From positions 32,738,001-32,802,000 of the forward strand of contig NC_087437.1 of the NCBI RefSeq assembly GCF_036321535.1: a stretch of DNA of 64,000 nucleotides. Direction: 5' to 3'. The notes under the pieces were generated by a model. The model did no database searches, was not told the origin of the DNA, and worked only from the letters and a program-made list of their open reading frames with translations. The position numbers were made by a program, and so were the translations under genes. The stretch is from Camelus dromedarius. Its lineage: Eukaryota. Below are positions 1-12,849 of the stretch, piece by piece. Numbering within the stretch: the first letter of the stretch is position 1; each line of letters begins with the position of its first letter.

Positions 1-1885
1 TGAGCATATTTTCATGCATTTGTTGGCAGTTTGGATATTCTCTTTTATGAAATGCCTGTTTGAATCTTTTGGCTATTGTTTTATATTAGAAAGTTGGTTT
101 TTTTAATGATTTGTAGAAGTTTTTAAGTTTAAAAAAAAATATATTCTGGTTATAAGCTCTTTGTATGTTAATATGTATTTCAAGTATCTTCCACTCTCTG
201 GCTTGTCTTTTTACTCTTATAATAGTCTTTTGATATTCAGGACTTTCTAATTTTAATGTAGCTTTTCCTTTGTGGGTGGTTAGTACGTTTTGTATCTTTT
301 TAAAGAAATTGTTGTCTACTAAAACATCATGAAGAAAATTTATTAGAAACTCTATTGTTGTACCTTTACATTTAAATCTGGAACTTACTTTTATGTAAAG
401 TAGCATGGTGTGAAGTTTTTTGTCTTTGTTTTTTAATAGTCATCTAGTTGACCTAGTACTTCTTATTGAAAAGACTTCTCTTTTCACTGCTTGTTAGGGC
501 TCTTGTTCTAATCAAGTGCCCACATATGCATGGGTCTTACGAATTCTCTATTCTGTTCCATTAATCTATTTTTCTGTCCTTAACACTAATACTACACTGT
601 CTTAATTAATTCCTGGTGCTTAAATGAACTCTTGATATCAGATAAAATTTTTCTATCTAGTTGTTTTTCCATAAGAATATGTTGGCTAATTTTGACCACT
701 TGTAAATCTGTGTAGTTTTTAGAATCATCTTGCCTATTTCTAAAAAAAAAAAAAAAAAAAAAAGGACAATCTGGCATTTTTGATTAGGTTTTATTGATTC
801 TATAATAGTCAATATGGAGAGAATTGACATCTGATATTCAATTTTTGTGTGGTAGGAGTTTGTTCATTTAATTTAATTTTTCAGATTTAGTCACTGGGAG
901 TTGTTTCTAATACCTTCTTGACATTGTAGATTCTGCTGTGATGATCCCTTTTCCATTTTTGATAGTATTTATGTGAGGCTTCTCTCTATTTCTCTTGATC
1001 AGTCTCATCAAGGACTCATCAATTTTCTTTTGGCTTTACTGACCTTTCTTTTGCTTATTTCCTAATCATTAGTTTTGCTTGAATTGTTACTTTCTTCCTC
1101 TTTTCTTTTCATTTAATTTGCTGTTCATTTTTTAATGAATTCTTGAGATGGATGCTTAAATCATTGTTTATTCTAATATATTCATTTAAAGCTATACATT
1201 TTACTTTAAGTACAACTTTAACTGTATCCAGGTAGTATCCTTATCATTTTATTAAGCATATTTTCTTATCTCCATTTTGATATTTTCTTAGACCCATCAT
1301 TTAGAAATGAATTTTGAAATTTCTGAACATAAAGTTTTTTTTTCTAGTTTTATCTTTCTGTTATTATTGTCAAGCATAATTTTAATTCATTTTTTTTGCT
1401 CAGAAAACATATTTTGAACACTTTGAACCCTTTGACATTTGTTGAGATTCCTCCATGGTCCAACATACGGCCAATTTTTGTAAATGGTGGTATGTGTTTT
1501 AAAGGAATGTGTATATTTTTAATTATTAGTAGAAATGTTTTCCATGTACTGATAAGGTCAAATTTGTTAATCTTGTTCAGATATTCTGTTACCTTACTGA
1601 TCTTTTTGTCTTACTTGTTCTCACTAAGAATTGTGTTAAATTTTCTCCTTGCTTTGTATTAATATATCTTGAAACTGTATTATTATGTATGCCTACAAAT
1701 ACAGAATTGTAATTATCTTGAGCTTTTTCTCATTATAAAATGTCCATCTTCTGCTGTAGTAAATGCTTTCAGTTGTAAAATCTAGATTGTCTGATGTGAA
1801 TATTTTGCTTAGTGTTTGTTTGCCTGGTAGAGCTTTTCCTATACTATCGAACTTTGTATGCTCTTGCATTTTATATTTGTTTCTT

Positions 1886-2199
1886 TTCTTTTCTTTTAAA
1901 TTTTATTTTATTGAGTTATAGTCAGTTTACAATGTTGTATCAATTTCCAGTGTAGAGCACAATTTTTCAGTTATACATGAACATACATATATTCATTGTC
2001 ACATTCTTTTCCACTGTGAGCTACTACAAGATCTTATATGTATTTCCCTGTGCTATATATATAGTATAATCTTGTTTATCTATTCTATATATACCTGTCA
2101 GTATCTACAGATTTCGAACTCCCAGTCTGTCCCTTCCCACCCCTCTCCCCTCTGGTAACCATAAGTTTGTATTCTATGTCTGAGTCTGTTTCTGTTTTA
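1886..2199 (-). mobile_element. Short LINE-1 3'UTR fragment
   Basis: Similar to the 3'UTRs at 30030-30300 and 35530-35830. Degenerate 14-bp TSD tatatttgtttctt (1872-1885) / tatatgtgttcctt (2200-2213). Confidence 0.85.
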
Positions 2200-2264
2200 T
2201 ATATGTGTTCCTTGAAAGCAATATTTCAATTTGTTTTGCTTTTTTTCCCTTCCATTGCTTGTTT

Positions 2265-2950
2265 GTCTTATTTATTTGTTTGTTTGTTTATTTATTTATT
2301 TCCTGGCAGATCGTGCCTCAGGTTTATTTGTACAAACAGCACAGGAGGACATGAGCCCCATGCAGACAGCAGCCTAGGGGTCACACCAGTCCTTGTATCC
2401 TCACATCAATAGATGAAGGCCTCTGCTCTGGAGACTTTGTGGGAGCCTGGGTGCCTTTGGGAGCCAGAGCTGGAGGCAGAGCTGCAGCTGAAGCTGCAGC
2501 ATTGGTCTGAGCCTTGTCCTTGTCCTTCGGCCGGTAGAGCCTGAGCCCCTTGGCGATGTGGGCACGAGCACGTTTCCTGAGTTTGGGGTGGACAGTGTAG
2601 GCAAGTTGACTGAGCTTGTGGTTGTTGCCCTTTGGGATCTCGGGCTTTACCTCCTTGGACTTTACGAGAGCCTTGATAGCCTCAGCCTAAACACTCATGG
2701 CCTTGGCATTGTTGGCCTGCATCTTCAGGCCATTCTTGTGTTTCTTGGCAAGGCACATTTTCCTCAGGAACTTGGGTTGGGGTCCACTCCCTTAAGAGAT
2801 TAATATCGTTGTTATCGGGGTTTTTTTTTTTTTTGATGCTGTTTCTGTGCCATTTTCGGGACTGGTTGTGCATAGTGTGGTTCTTCCACTCAGCCATCTC
2901 TGCACCCAAGCCAGGCAGATCCCAAAGTGCCTGAGACCAGAAGAGAAAGA
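2265..2950 (-). pseudogene. RPL29: Processed pseudogene of ribosomal protein L29
   Basis: ATG at 2897-2895 gives [23 protein letters not shown] (RPL29: [23 protein letters not shown]). Homology continues after a frameshift in an expanded A-run (2821-2834) to about 2423. Intronless, with a pyrimidine 5'TOP start at ~2950, AATAAA at 2328-2323, a tail decayed to (AAAT/AAAC)n, and a TSD ccattgcttgttt (2252-2264) / ctgttgcttgttt (2951-2963). Confidence 0.95.
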
Positions 2951-4820
2951 CTGTTGCTTGTTTTTTAACTGGGATATTAGTCCTTTATCTGTGATATATT
3001 TGCAGATATTTTCTCCCAGTTTGTGCTAAATTTAGCTATCTTCTATCTAGAATTTTGGTCATAATCAGAGTGCTTTTTCTTTTTCCTACACCCAGGTTAT
3101 AGGAGAGAGAATTCACCCATGTGCTCTTCTAGTACTTTTTTGAGTTTTATTTTTACATTAGATCTCTGGTCCATTTGGAGTTTATTTTGGATATGGTGGG
3201 TTGAATATATCTAATTTTATTTTCTTCCAAATAATTATGCAGTTACCCCTAAACCATTTTTTTAAAGACTGTTTTTATCCCAGTGGTTACCACTTTTATC
3301 ATATACTAGACTTTTATATGTAGTTGGGTATATTTTCTGGGCTTTCTGTCCTAATCCTTTTGTTTGTCTTTCTTGTGCTGATATAAATTATAAATAAGGC
3401 TTTGTAGCATGTTTTAATATCTGGTAGGTCTGTTCCACCTTGAAAGTTCTTTGTTTTTCACTGTTTTCCTAGCTACTCTTGGATATTTATTTTCTATATG
3501 ATTTTAAGTTCAACTTTTCTAGCTCCACAGAAGTGCTCATTAGAATTTTTATTGGGATTACATTAAATTTGTAAATCAGCTTATGTACTGACACCTTTAT
3601 GATGTTGAAACAGCCTAACCAATGACAAAGAATGTCTTACCATTTGTTCCAGGTTACTTATGTGTGTTTCAAGAAGGTTTACAGTTTTTCTTTTAATTGG
3701 GTTTTGAACATTTATTACCCAATATTTATTTTTTAAATTGCTATTACAAATGGAGTCTTTTCATTCATTATGTCTTCTTACCACTATTTGCACATATGAA
3801 TGCTTTTGATTTTTAAATATTTATTTTATATCCTGAATTATTTTGCAGTTGAGCTGTTACCTTGATGAATTTTTTGAAATGCTTTTTGAATGGTTTAATT
3901 TATATTTTTTTCTCTAGGGTTTTCAAATATAATATCTGCAAATAGAGAAAGTTTTATTTCTACTTCATATGCCTCTTATAGTTTTGTCTAGTCTAGTTGC
4001 ATTGGCTAGTACTTCCAGAACAATGTGTCTGTGCATGTTTTTAAGTTGTACAACTTATTTTGAGATAACTGTGGATTTGTATGCAGATGTAAGAAATAAT
4101 AGAGAGAGCCCATGTATCCTTTTTCCAGTTTCCCCAGTGGTAGTATCTGTAGTACAATATCACAAGCAGAATATTGACAGTGATACAGGTAAGATAGAGA
4201 ACCATTATATCAACACAAAATTCCCTCATGTTGTTCAGTTGATAGCCACATCCACTTTGTTCTCTTTTGCTTGTATCCCCTTCTTAAACCATGGCAACCG
4301 ATCTATTCTTCTTTTCTATAGGTTTTGTCATTTAAGAATGTTATGTGGGTGTAATTGTACAGTTTGGAACCTTTGGTGTTGGCTTTTTTCACTCAGTATA
4401 TTTCCCTAAAGATTTATCCTAGTGTTGCATGCATCAATAATTTGTTATTTTTGTTGCTGGGTAGTATTCCATGGTATGGATGTACCATAGTTTGTTTAAC
4501 TATTCACACATTAAGTATGTCTGGATTACTTTCATGTTTTGGCTATTATGAAAAAAGCTGCTATGATGATTCATATATAGGTTTTTGTAGATCATAAGTT
4601 TTCATTTTAGTGGGATAAATGCCCCAGAATATAATTGTGGGATCATAGTATTTGTATGAGAAACTGACAAACTGTTTTCCATGGTGGTTGTACCATTTTA
4701 CATTCCAACTGGTACTGTATGAGCCATCCAGTTTTTGTATCCTTGCCAGCATTTGATGATGTTGCTTTTTCTTATTTTAGCCATTCTGATAGGTATATAG
4801 TGATGTTACTGTTATAATAT

Positions 4821-5900
4821 GGATTTAGGTTGCTTCCATGTCTTGGCTATTGTAAATAGAGCTTCTGTGAACATTGGGGTGCATGTATCTTTTCAAATTA
4901 GAGTTTTGTCTGGATATATGCCCAGGAGTGGGATTGCTGGATCATTTGGTAACGTTACGTTCCTTATTATTTAAGGAATCTCCATACTGTTTTCCATAGT
5001 AGCTGCACCAGTTTACATTTCCACCAGCAATGTAGGAGGTTTGCCTTTTCTCCACACTTTCACCAACATTTATTATATGTAGACTTTTTGATGATGGCCA
5101 TTCTGACTCACTTGAGGTGATATCTCGTAGTTTTGATTTACATTTCTCTGATAATTAGTGATGTCGAGTATCTTTTCATGGGCCTATTGGCCATCTGTAT
5201 GGAGAAATGTCTCCATCTTTGGCAAAATGCCTATTTAGATCTTCTGCCCATTATTTTGATTGGGTTATTTGTGTTTTTGATATTGAGCTGTATGAGTTGT
5301 TTGTATATTTTAGAAATTAATCCCTTACCAGTCACATCATTTGCAATCAGCCATTCCATAGGTTGCCTTTTTGTTTGCTGTGCAAAAGCTTCTAAGTTTG
5401 ATTAGGTTCCATTTGTTTATTTTTGTTTTTATTTCTTTTGTCTGTTTCTTAGGGAGTCTGACCTAAGAAAACATTGCTATGATTTATGTCAGAGCATGTT
5501 TTGCCTATGTTCTCTTCTAGGAGTTTTGGGGTGTCATGTCTTTTATTTTAAATCTTTAAGCTATTTTGAATTTATTTCTGTGTAGTGTGTGAGGGAGTGT
5601 TCTAACTGCATTGATTTACATGCAGCTGTCCAGCTTTTCCAACACCGCTTGCTGAAGAGATTGTCTTTTCTCCATTGTATATTCTTGCCTCCTTTGTTGA
5701 AAATTAATTGACCATTGGTATGTGGGTTTATTTCAGGGTTTTCTGTTCTGTTCCATATTTCTGTTTTTGTGCCAATACCACACTGTTTTGATTACTGTAG
5801 CTCTGCAGTATTGTCTGAAGTCTGGAAGGGTTATGCCTCCAGCCTTGTTTGTTTTCCTCAGGATCACTTTGGCAATTCTGGGACCTTTGTGGATCCATAT
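4821..5900 (-). mobile_element. LINE-1 ORF2 3' fragment of intermediate age, nested in an older L1
   Basis: Encodes [37 protein letters not shown] and is collinear with 48100-49180. Confidence 0.9.
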
Positions 5901-7044
5901 AAATGATGTTGAACATCTTTTCATGTGTTTGTTATCTGTATATTCTCTTTGGTAAAATTTCTGTTAATGTGTTTTGTTTTCTAATGGATTTTTTAAGTTT
6001 TGTTTTAATAATTCATTATATATTTTAGATGTTAGTCCTTTGTCAGATATCTAGTTTGCAAATATTTTCTCTCATTCTGTAGCTTGTCTCTTCAGTCTTT
6101 TCACAGGTGCTTTCACATAGCACAAGTTTTAAATTTTGATAAAGTGTGGTTTATAAATTTTTTCCTTTTTGGATTGTGTGTTTGCTATTAAATCTAAAAA
6201 TTCTTTCCCAAGCACTAGATTCCAAAACTTCTCCTATGTTTTCTTCCAGAATTTTTACAATTTTATGTTTTACATTCAAGTCTCTGACTTACTTTGAGTT
6301 AATCGTTGTATAAGGTATGAAGTGTAGGTCCAAGTTTTTTTTTTTCCTGTGTGTATATTTTAAAAAACTCCTCAGGTGGTCAGTGGGTGGCCACAGGTTA
6401 GATTCATTGAAATAGATGATCATCAAAACCATTTGGGTCCTGAATGTTTCTGAAATGCTATTCTCAAACTGTATTGAGGAACACCCTATGTTAATTAGGG
6501 CTCTGAGGACACAGGAGCAAAATGAATTTGGTAGATGTTGCATAGTGAAGATCTAGGGACTGAATAATATAGACTGGCTTAGAGTTAGAAATCTGGATAA
6601 ATGAGAGAAATTCCTATCATCTGGGGAAATTGTCTGTATTTGGAAGGGTGTGATGGCAAAGTGATGCCAGAGTAGAGAAAATGCGGCAGTTGATGGATTA
6701 TTTTCTCTATTTCTTGCGTAAAGTTGGGAATACGTGCATTTGTTTTGTTGAAAACTAATGATAAAAAGATTTCAGTTTATTGAAATTTTTAAATGAGTTT
6801 TCTTAGGTGTTTCATAGTTTAAACAGTTTATAGTATTGTTATAATTTATCTGTTAATTATAGATATGCTATTTTATTAGGAAGAAGATAGAATGTCATTA
6901 ATTTCTAGTATTTATTAAGATAATTTAGACACATGGAAAATAAATTAGATAACAAATATTTAAGTGAATATATTAAGGAAAAATACTAAGTAACCATTCA
7001 GGATTATATTGAAAAAAAGGGAAAAATTAAGAAAATATATGGAT

Positions 7045-7455
7045 TTATTTGTTCATTTAAAACAAATATTTGATTGTCTTCTGTATGACAGACACAATTG
7101 TTGGCACTTGGGATATGTCAGTAAATAAAAGAATTTGCTCCTGTAGAGCTTACATTCTAGCAAGGAGTATAGTCAATGAACAATAAATATTATAATAAAT
7201 AAGTAAATTATATAGACATTAGGTTTAACACAGTAAAAAAAGAAAAACAGACAAGGTATGGGGCATTGGGAGTTGTGCAGGTCAGGAGAGAGGAGGGATT
7301 TCATTGTTTAACAGAGTAGAAATGATAGAATTGAATGAAAAGATGTCATTTGGGCAGAGATTTGAAGTAGATGACGGAGTCTGAGATGTCTGGGGAACAG
7401 TGAGATAGTAGGGAGAGCCAGTGCAAAGGCAGGAATGTGCTTGGTGTGTTTCTGT
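7045..7455 (-). mobile_element. LINE-2 3' fragment
   Basis: ttcatttaaaacaaatatttg...gagcttacattctag...gccagtgcaaaggc. Confidence 0.7.
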
Positions 7456-10400
7456 CTTTTGAATTCTGTAAGTCAGTCACAATTTATAAAGTTTATAATG
7501 TCAAATATGTGACTGATACTTAATGAACATTAGCTGATTTTATAAATACCTTTTCTTAAAGTGGCAGGAATAATCCCTAATTGGGGCTCATATTGGCTTG
7601 TCAGTGGGTCTGAGATTATAAACTTTGTTTTAAATCCCTTCATAACACAATTCCTCTTGATATTCAGAACTCTGGCTTGCTCAGGCCCCCAAATATGAGT
7701 ACTTAACACAGTCTTAGGTTTCCTCAAACTCCTTGAGTTAATGTTGTAGGCTAAGTGTAGTGGAAAATACTTGGAGAGTTCGTGTGGAAACCTTTTTTAT
7801 TTTACTCTTCTTTTTGCTCAGATTGAGTGCTTTGCATTCAGGGAAGAGTGGTTCAAATAATAATTAGAATTCCTTTTTTTCTGAATTAATATGTTTTGAA
7901 TACTATTCTTCCCTTAAGGATAAGTATTTCAGCTTTTATTTTTCATGAGTAGTAGGTTTTCTTTTTTTGAAATGGAAGTTTAAGTCCAGTTGTATTTTGT
8001 TTTTACTAATGGTTTGAGGCCTTTATGAGTATCAGTTATGGCAAGGTGTACTAACCTGTACAGTAATGTAGCGATAAAGTGCATTTTTGAATAGTAGGCT
8101 GTATGATCCCACACTGTTCTGATCTGATGGTTCCCAGTGTCTGATTTTTAAGGTTGTTCTGTATTCTTTTATATTAAATTGTCAATTGTCACTGCCTCCA
8201 ATTCTAACACTCCCTCCACTTTAATCTGTATGAATGCAGATAAATGTAAGTAATTTAATGGGAAAATAGCTTACTTTCTATTTAATTATCTGTAAGGAAA
8301 GCTCTGGGTGATAATTTGAGGATTTTGAAAATAAGTTTCAAGAGAATAAACTGGTTTTTGTTACCTTTTATTTTCAAGAGAATAAACTGGGTTTAATATT
8401 CTTTATTTTTTCAACACCAAATTAAAGTAAAATGACACCTATAAAGTTATTTTTTAATATATGTAACTTTTTCCCTTATTAGTAAAAAGGTAAATGAATG
8501 ATAGCTTGAAAAAAAGAAATGTTTGTATTATCTGTGTAAGTTGATCTTCTAGTGAACTTAAGAGCTATTCATTATAATATTGATTTACTTAGGAAGTTAT
8601 GTTTTGCTTATCTTGGTTAAAAAGGAAAACATCAGCATAAAGTAGACTTAATTATGTATTGAAACCATTTCTTTTTATGAAGGACCTTTGTAAACAAAAG
8701 GAGTTATATGAAAGTAAAAAGTAAAATGATAACTCATAAGTTTGAGTATAAACCTAATAATTTTTTTGGTTTTATTGTTGATGAAAAGTCACACATGCTA
8801 GGTGCTATTGAAATGGGCTCTCACTTTTAGGTTTACTTTTTTCACTTATTGATGCTGTTTCCAATAATATAAAGTCAATTGTTTATACTGCATCTTAAAC
8901 TTGAATTTGAGAATACCTTTATTAAATCACTTTGGAATCATGCAGGATAAACATCCAGAGGGAAAACGAGGGAAAAGTATGGTTTCTAAGTTTTCAATTA
9001 ACTATAGGTGTCTATATACATTTCTACCTTGCCTTTGTTTTTTCTTTTATCCTGAAACAAGGCTTTAAAGCCATAGACTCTGTCTCTTTGTAAAAATATA
9101 TCTCTGCTTCCTATTATACTATTTATGTAGGGGGAGGGAACCCACACTAGGATTATTTTTAAAGTACTCACACAAAATCCAGAAATAAATTAACATGTAC
9201 CTTGATTTCAAATATTCTTGCTTCTTTTACTTGAGCATATAATACAATACAATGTACATTAATGCTGGATGTATGTTCGTGATCCTATTTTTTATTTATA
9301 AAATGTGACCATTGAGATAAGTTTCATCCCTAGGTGTCTTGCTTCTTTGATTCTTTTATTACCATTAAATAGGCCTTTGCTGGGTAATTAAAATATTGAC
9401 ATAAGCAATTTAGCACTTGTTCATGGGTTTGGAACAGCAGCAAAAAAAGGAATTGGAAATCTAATTTAAAGGCAGCAGAATGCAATCTGTTGTAAACTAT
9501 CAGTCTGTCCCGTTAAATTAAGTTTTATGTACTTACATGGAGTGAAATCTTGCAACAAGTTGCATGAGGCTTTTTAAGAATAATTTTTTAAAAACATTTT
9601 TGGTAAATAACTTCAAATAAACTGTTTAGTGTCTGAAGTTTTTCCTTTAGTTTTATAATTATAGAATTTGCTATATAATTAGGGGAGATTAAAATTTTTG
9701 TTCCTTTTAGTTTTTATATGTTATGAATAAGGAAGTAATTGTTTAAAGGAAAATTTTAATTAAAAAAACTTTTAATTATTGTGGGTCAGAGTGATCTGTA
9801 TGTTTTTCTCTCTTACTTTTGACATGAAGAATTAATATTAATTGTAAACACAAACTTATCAGTTATATTTTACAATCATATTTATTGTTCAAAATTTTTT
9901 TGATACAAGGATTCGATGAACACTTACTAATTTTTGTGTACGTTGTGTACAGATTTAAGTTGTGTTAATTAGAAAGTGTGTTGATATTTTCTTTATTTCC
10001 AAAACTTGGATGTCAAAATGAAAATTCATGTTTAATAATTTAAATTTATTTGTGTATAAGAGCCTTATTATTTAAAGAAAATTATGAAGTTTAGTGAGTT
10101 TGATACCTAAGTAGAATGCTACATTATTTAGCTTGGTGAAGAAACAGTAAAATTTTAAGGCCCTGGTTCACTTAGTTGACAAGTAAGCGTTTTCCTCTCT
10201 GACCCTCCCCAACATGTACAGACAATTTGAAATTAAAGATTTGCTTCATTGTTCTTTTTAATTTTGGGAAATTATCATTTCTTCTTACAAATATTATTGC
10301 TCTATTAATTAAGGACTTTTAAAAACTACGTTGCCTTTGAAAAAATAACTTTCGAATACATTTTAAAATTGAGAATGGTAAATATAGTCTACTAATGAAA

Positions 10401-10879
10401 TTATTGGCCAGGTAAGCATTTTAGTTCTTAAAATTATGTATTCTACTTCTGTATTTCAATGCTAGCAGGAACTAACAAGTGTGATCTCATACTTAGTACG
10501 GGCATCCATGAAAAACCTCATCCAAAAGTTATAAGGTTTAAAGTATGATGCTGGTAGCTACCAGCTGCTAAAGAATTTCATTTGCTGATTTTATTCTTTT
10601 ACTCCTTTGTAATTTAAATGCCTTTATTTAAAACGTTTAACTTAAGGATATTGTAAAGTATATAGCATTTTAAGATTAGATGGTATCCAGAACATACAGT
10701 CCAATGAGTTAGTCCAGTGTAATAGGAGGAATTATTAAATGACACTGACCTCATTTCCTTTAGAACAATGAAAATTAATAGCTTCACATTTTATTAGGCT
10801 GATATTCCAGATGTAGTGTACATTTAATTAAGTGTAGTTTCCTTTTAGTTATGGTATGTGTATCTGTTTTTTGTCGCAA

Positions 10880-11350
10880 ATTCTTTCTAGTTTTACAGTT
10901 TTCCATATGTTTTCTTTCACCATTTATGATTTTTTTTCAAAGCAGAGCTATAAGGATTTAAATCACTTTAGCATGCAGCAAAACAGTTCCCATTCAAACA
11001 ATAAACGCCATTTTAAAAAGCCTTTAGATCTTCTGTCACTTCATAAATATAAATGTATAAAAACGTTATGCAGTTGTAGTGCCCACCTGCTAATTAAATG
11101 CAGATTTTTCTCAAACTTGGTTAAAATCTGTCTATTTGTTTCAACTCTGTCTCTGTTCAGAATACATATGGCCCTTGTGAAACTAATTATGCTTATGGAG
11201 CAGCTGTTAAATTTAGTGCAACTAATTTTATCCAATATTTTACATTTTAATTGATTACCTGTGAAGAAATTAGCAAATTAACACTTATTGTACAGTAACT
11301 GAATGGTCTTTTATGGTTACTTTCAGATTTAACAAGTGAACCAAGCACTG
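10880..11350. promoter_or_regulatory. Candidate conserved non-coding enhancer
   Basis: No recognisable repeat. Clustered TAATTA/TAATTG, AACAAT, CGCCATTTT and CAGCTG motifs. Conservation not tested. Confidence 0.4.
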
Positions 11351-12849
11351 ATGGAATAAAGACATTTCTAGGACTTTTAGATAGGAAAGTTATTGGTGGA
11401 CCTTGATTATCTGGTGTGAAAATTGAGGAAAACTGATGAGTGATGCCAAGCATCTGTGTGTTCTGTATCTTAAACATGAGAAGCAGATTGGAAAGTAATA
11501 GCTTTGTCGTAGAATTTTCGTAACATATGGGCTTATCTGGATCTAAGAAGTCTTTGAAGATCTTTGAACTTGACTAAATGACTTAACCTTTGCCATAGTG
11601 GGTGGGTTTTATGCTTTTTTAGGCGGGAGGTACTGGGTTTTCTGCATTTCTCTTTTGCTTTTTTTCTTTGTCCCAATTCTACCTTTTAATATCTTCTCTT
11701 AAAATGGGGGAACTAAAGATGATGATTGGGAATTTCTGAAGATTGACATGAGAATTGTAAGGTATTTAAATGAATAGATCTACCTATAATAAGGTGTGGT
11801 TAAATCTTTTGATAATATTTTAGAAATGAATCTGTATAGATACTTATTTTCTGTTTTATAGATTTTATTTGAAAATGATACTGCAATCAGATCTTACTGG
11901 CAGTGGGCTGTAGTTGAAAGGATGTGGACAAACCTGGGTTCAAAGTTCAGCTCTATGACACATTGGTTCAGTGACCTCTGAACTTTTCAAGAGTTCAGTT
12001 TTCTCAAAGCAAAAATCAAACTAAACCAAACCAAAGGAATAACCCAACCCTGCCTTCCCCCAAAGCAAGAAAAATAAATCCCCCCAAAACACCAAAAGGA
12101 GATGACAGTAATAACTATATGTTTAAATACTCCAGAGAATTAAAAGAGAGAAAATACGTGAATACAGCTGGCATCCTTCTTAGCATGTAGAAGATCCTTA
12201 GTATTAACAGGAGCAAATGTCATGCCCTATAGCATTGCTTAATAAGAGATATACTAAACAAGCATATTATTTTTTATATTTTAGAGCAGTGAAAAATCAA
12301 GTCAATGAGGGATTGGTTTCAATTTTTATTTACCAGCTTTGAATTCTGATAATTCAGTTGTAAAACTTGATTTGAGTTATAGATCCAACTGAACCTGTAT
12401 GAAATTTTGATGAGAAAGTTTCTTTTGGTTAGGGCTCTATGAGTGGGAAATTACTGTGTCAGGAATACATAAACAATCCTATTTATAAACACTTGATTAA
12501 GAGCAACTAGAGCCTTGATCCTCTGACCCTACTGAGGACAGTTGACCTTCGTTCTGTAGTTCAGAACACTTGACAACAATATTGAAGACTTCTCTAAGGC
12601 AGATGTAGGTCAGTTAGTGCCCAAAGCTGAAGAATATTAACCTACTTAATTTATCTTAGTTAAAATTCAGAATGTGTGTATTTTCCCCAAAGGAATAGTG
12701 TTTTGTTGTTGAGTATATCTGACGTAGTCTTTTGGTGTAAGTTTTCATATACTTTCTGTCAGTAAACTTCTGTGAATTGGATTGAGAAACCATAGTGATT
12801 TTTATGGTGCGTTTGAAGTAACAGACTTAAAATGAAGTTTCAAAAATAA

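Larger units (their letters stand above)
1..6350 (-). mobile_element. Cluster of old, fragmented L1M-type elements hosting younger insertions
   Basis: T-rich, degenerate antisense L1 ORF2/3'UTR phrases throughout (e.g. tgagcatattttcatg, gagaattgacatct, tagtattccatggtatggatgtacca). Boundaries approximate. Confidence 0.75.

Noticed and set aside
10856..11254. 132-aa ORF in the candidate enhancer
   Set aside because: No recognisable homology, codon pattern or supporting exon structure.
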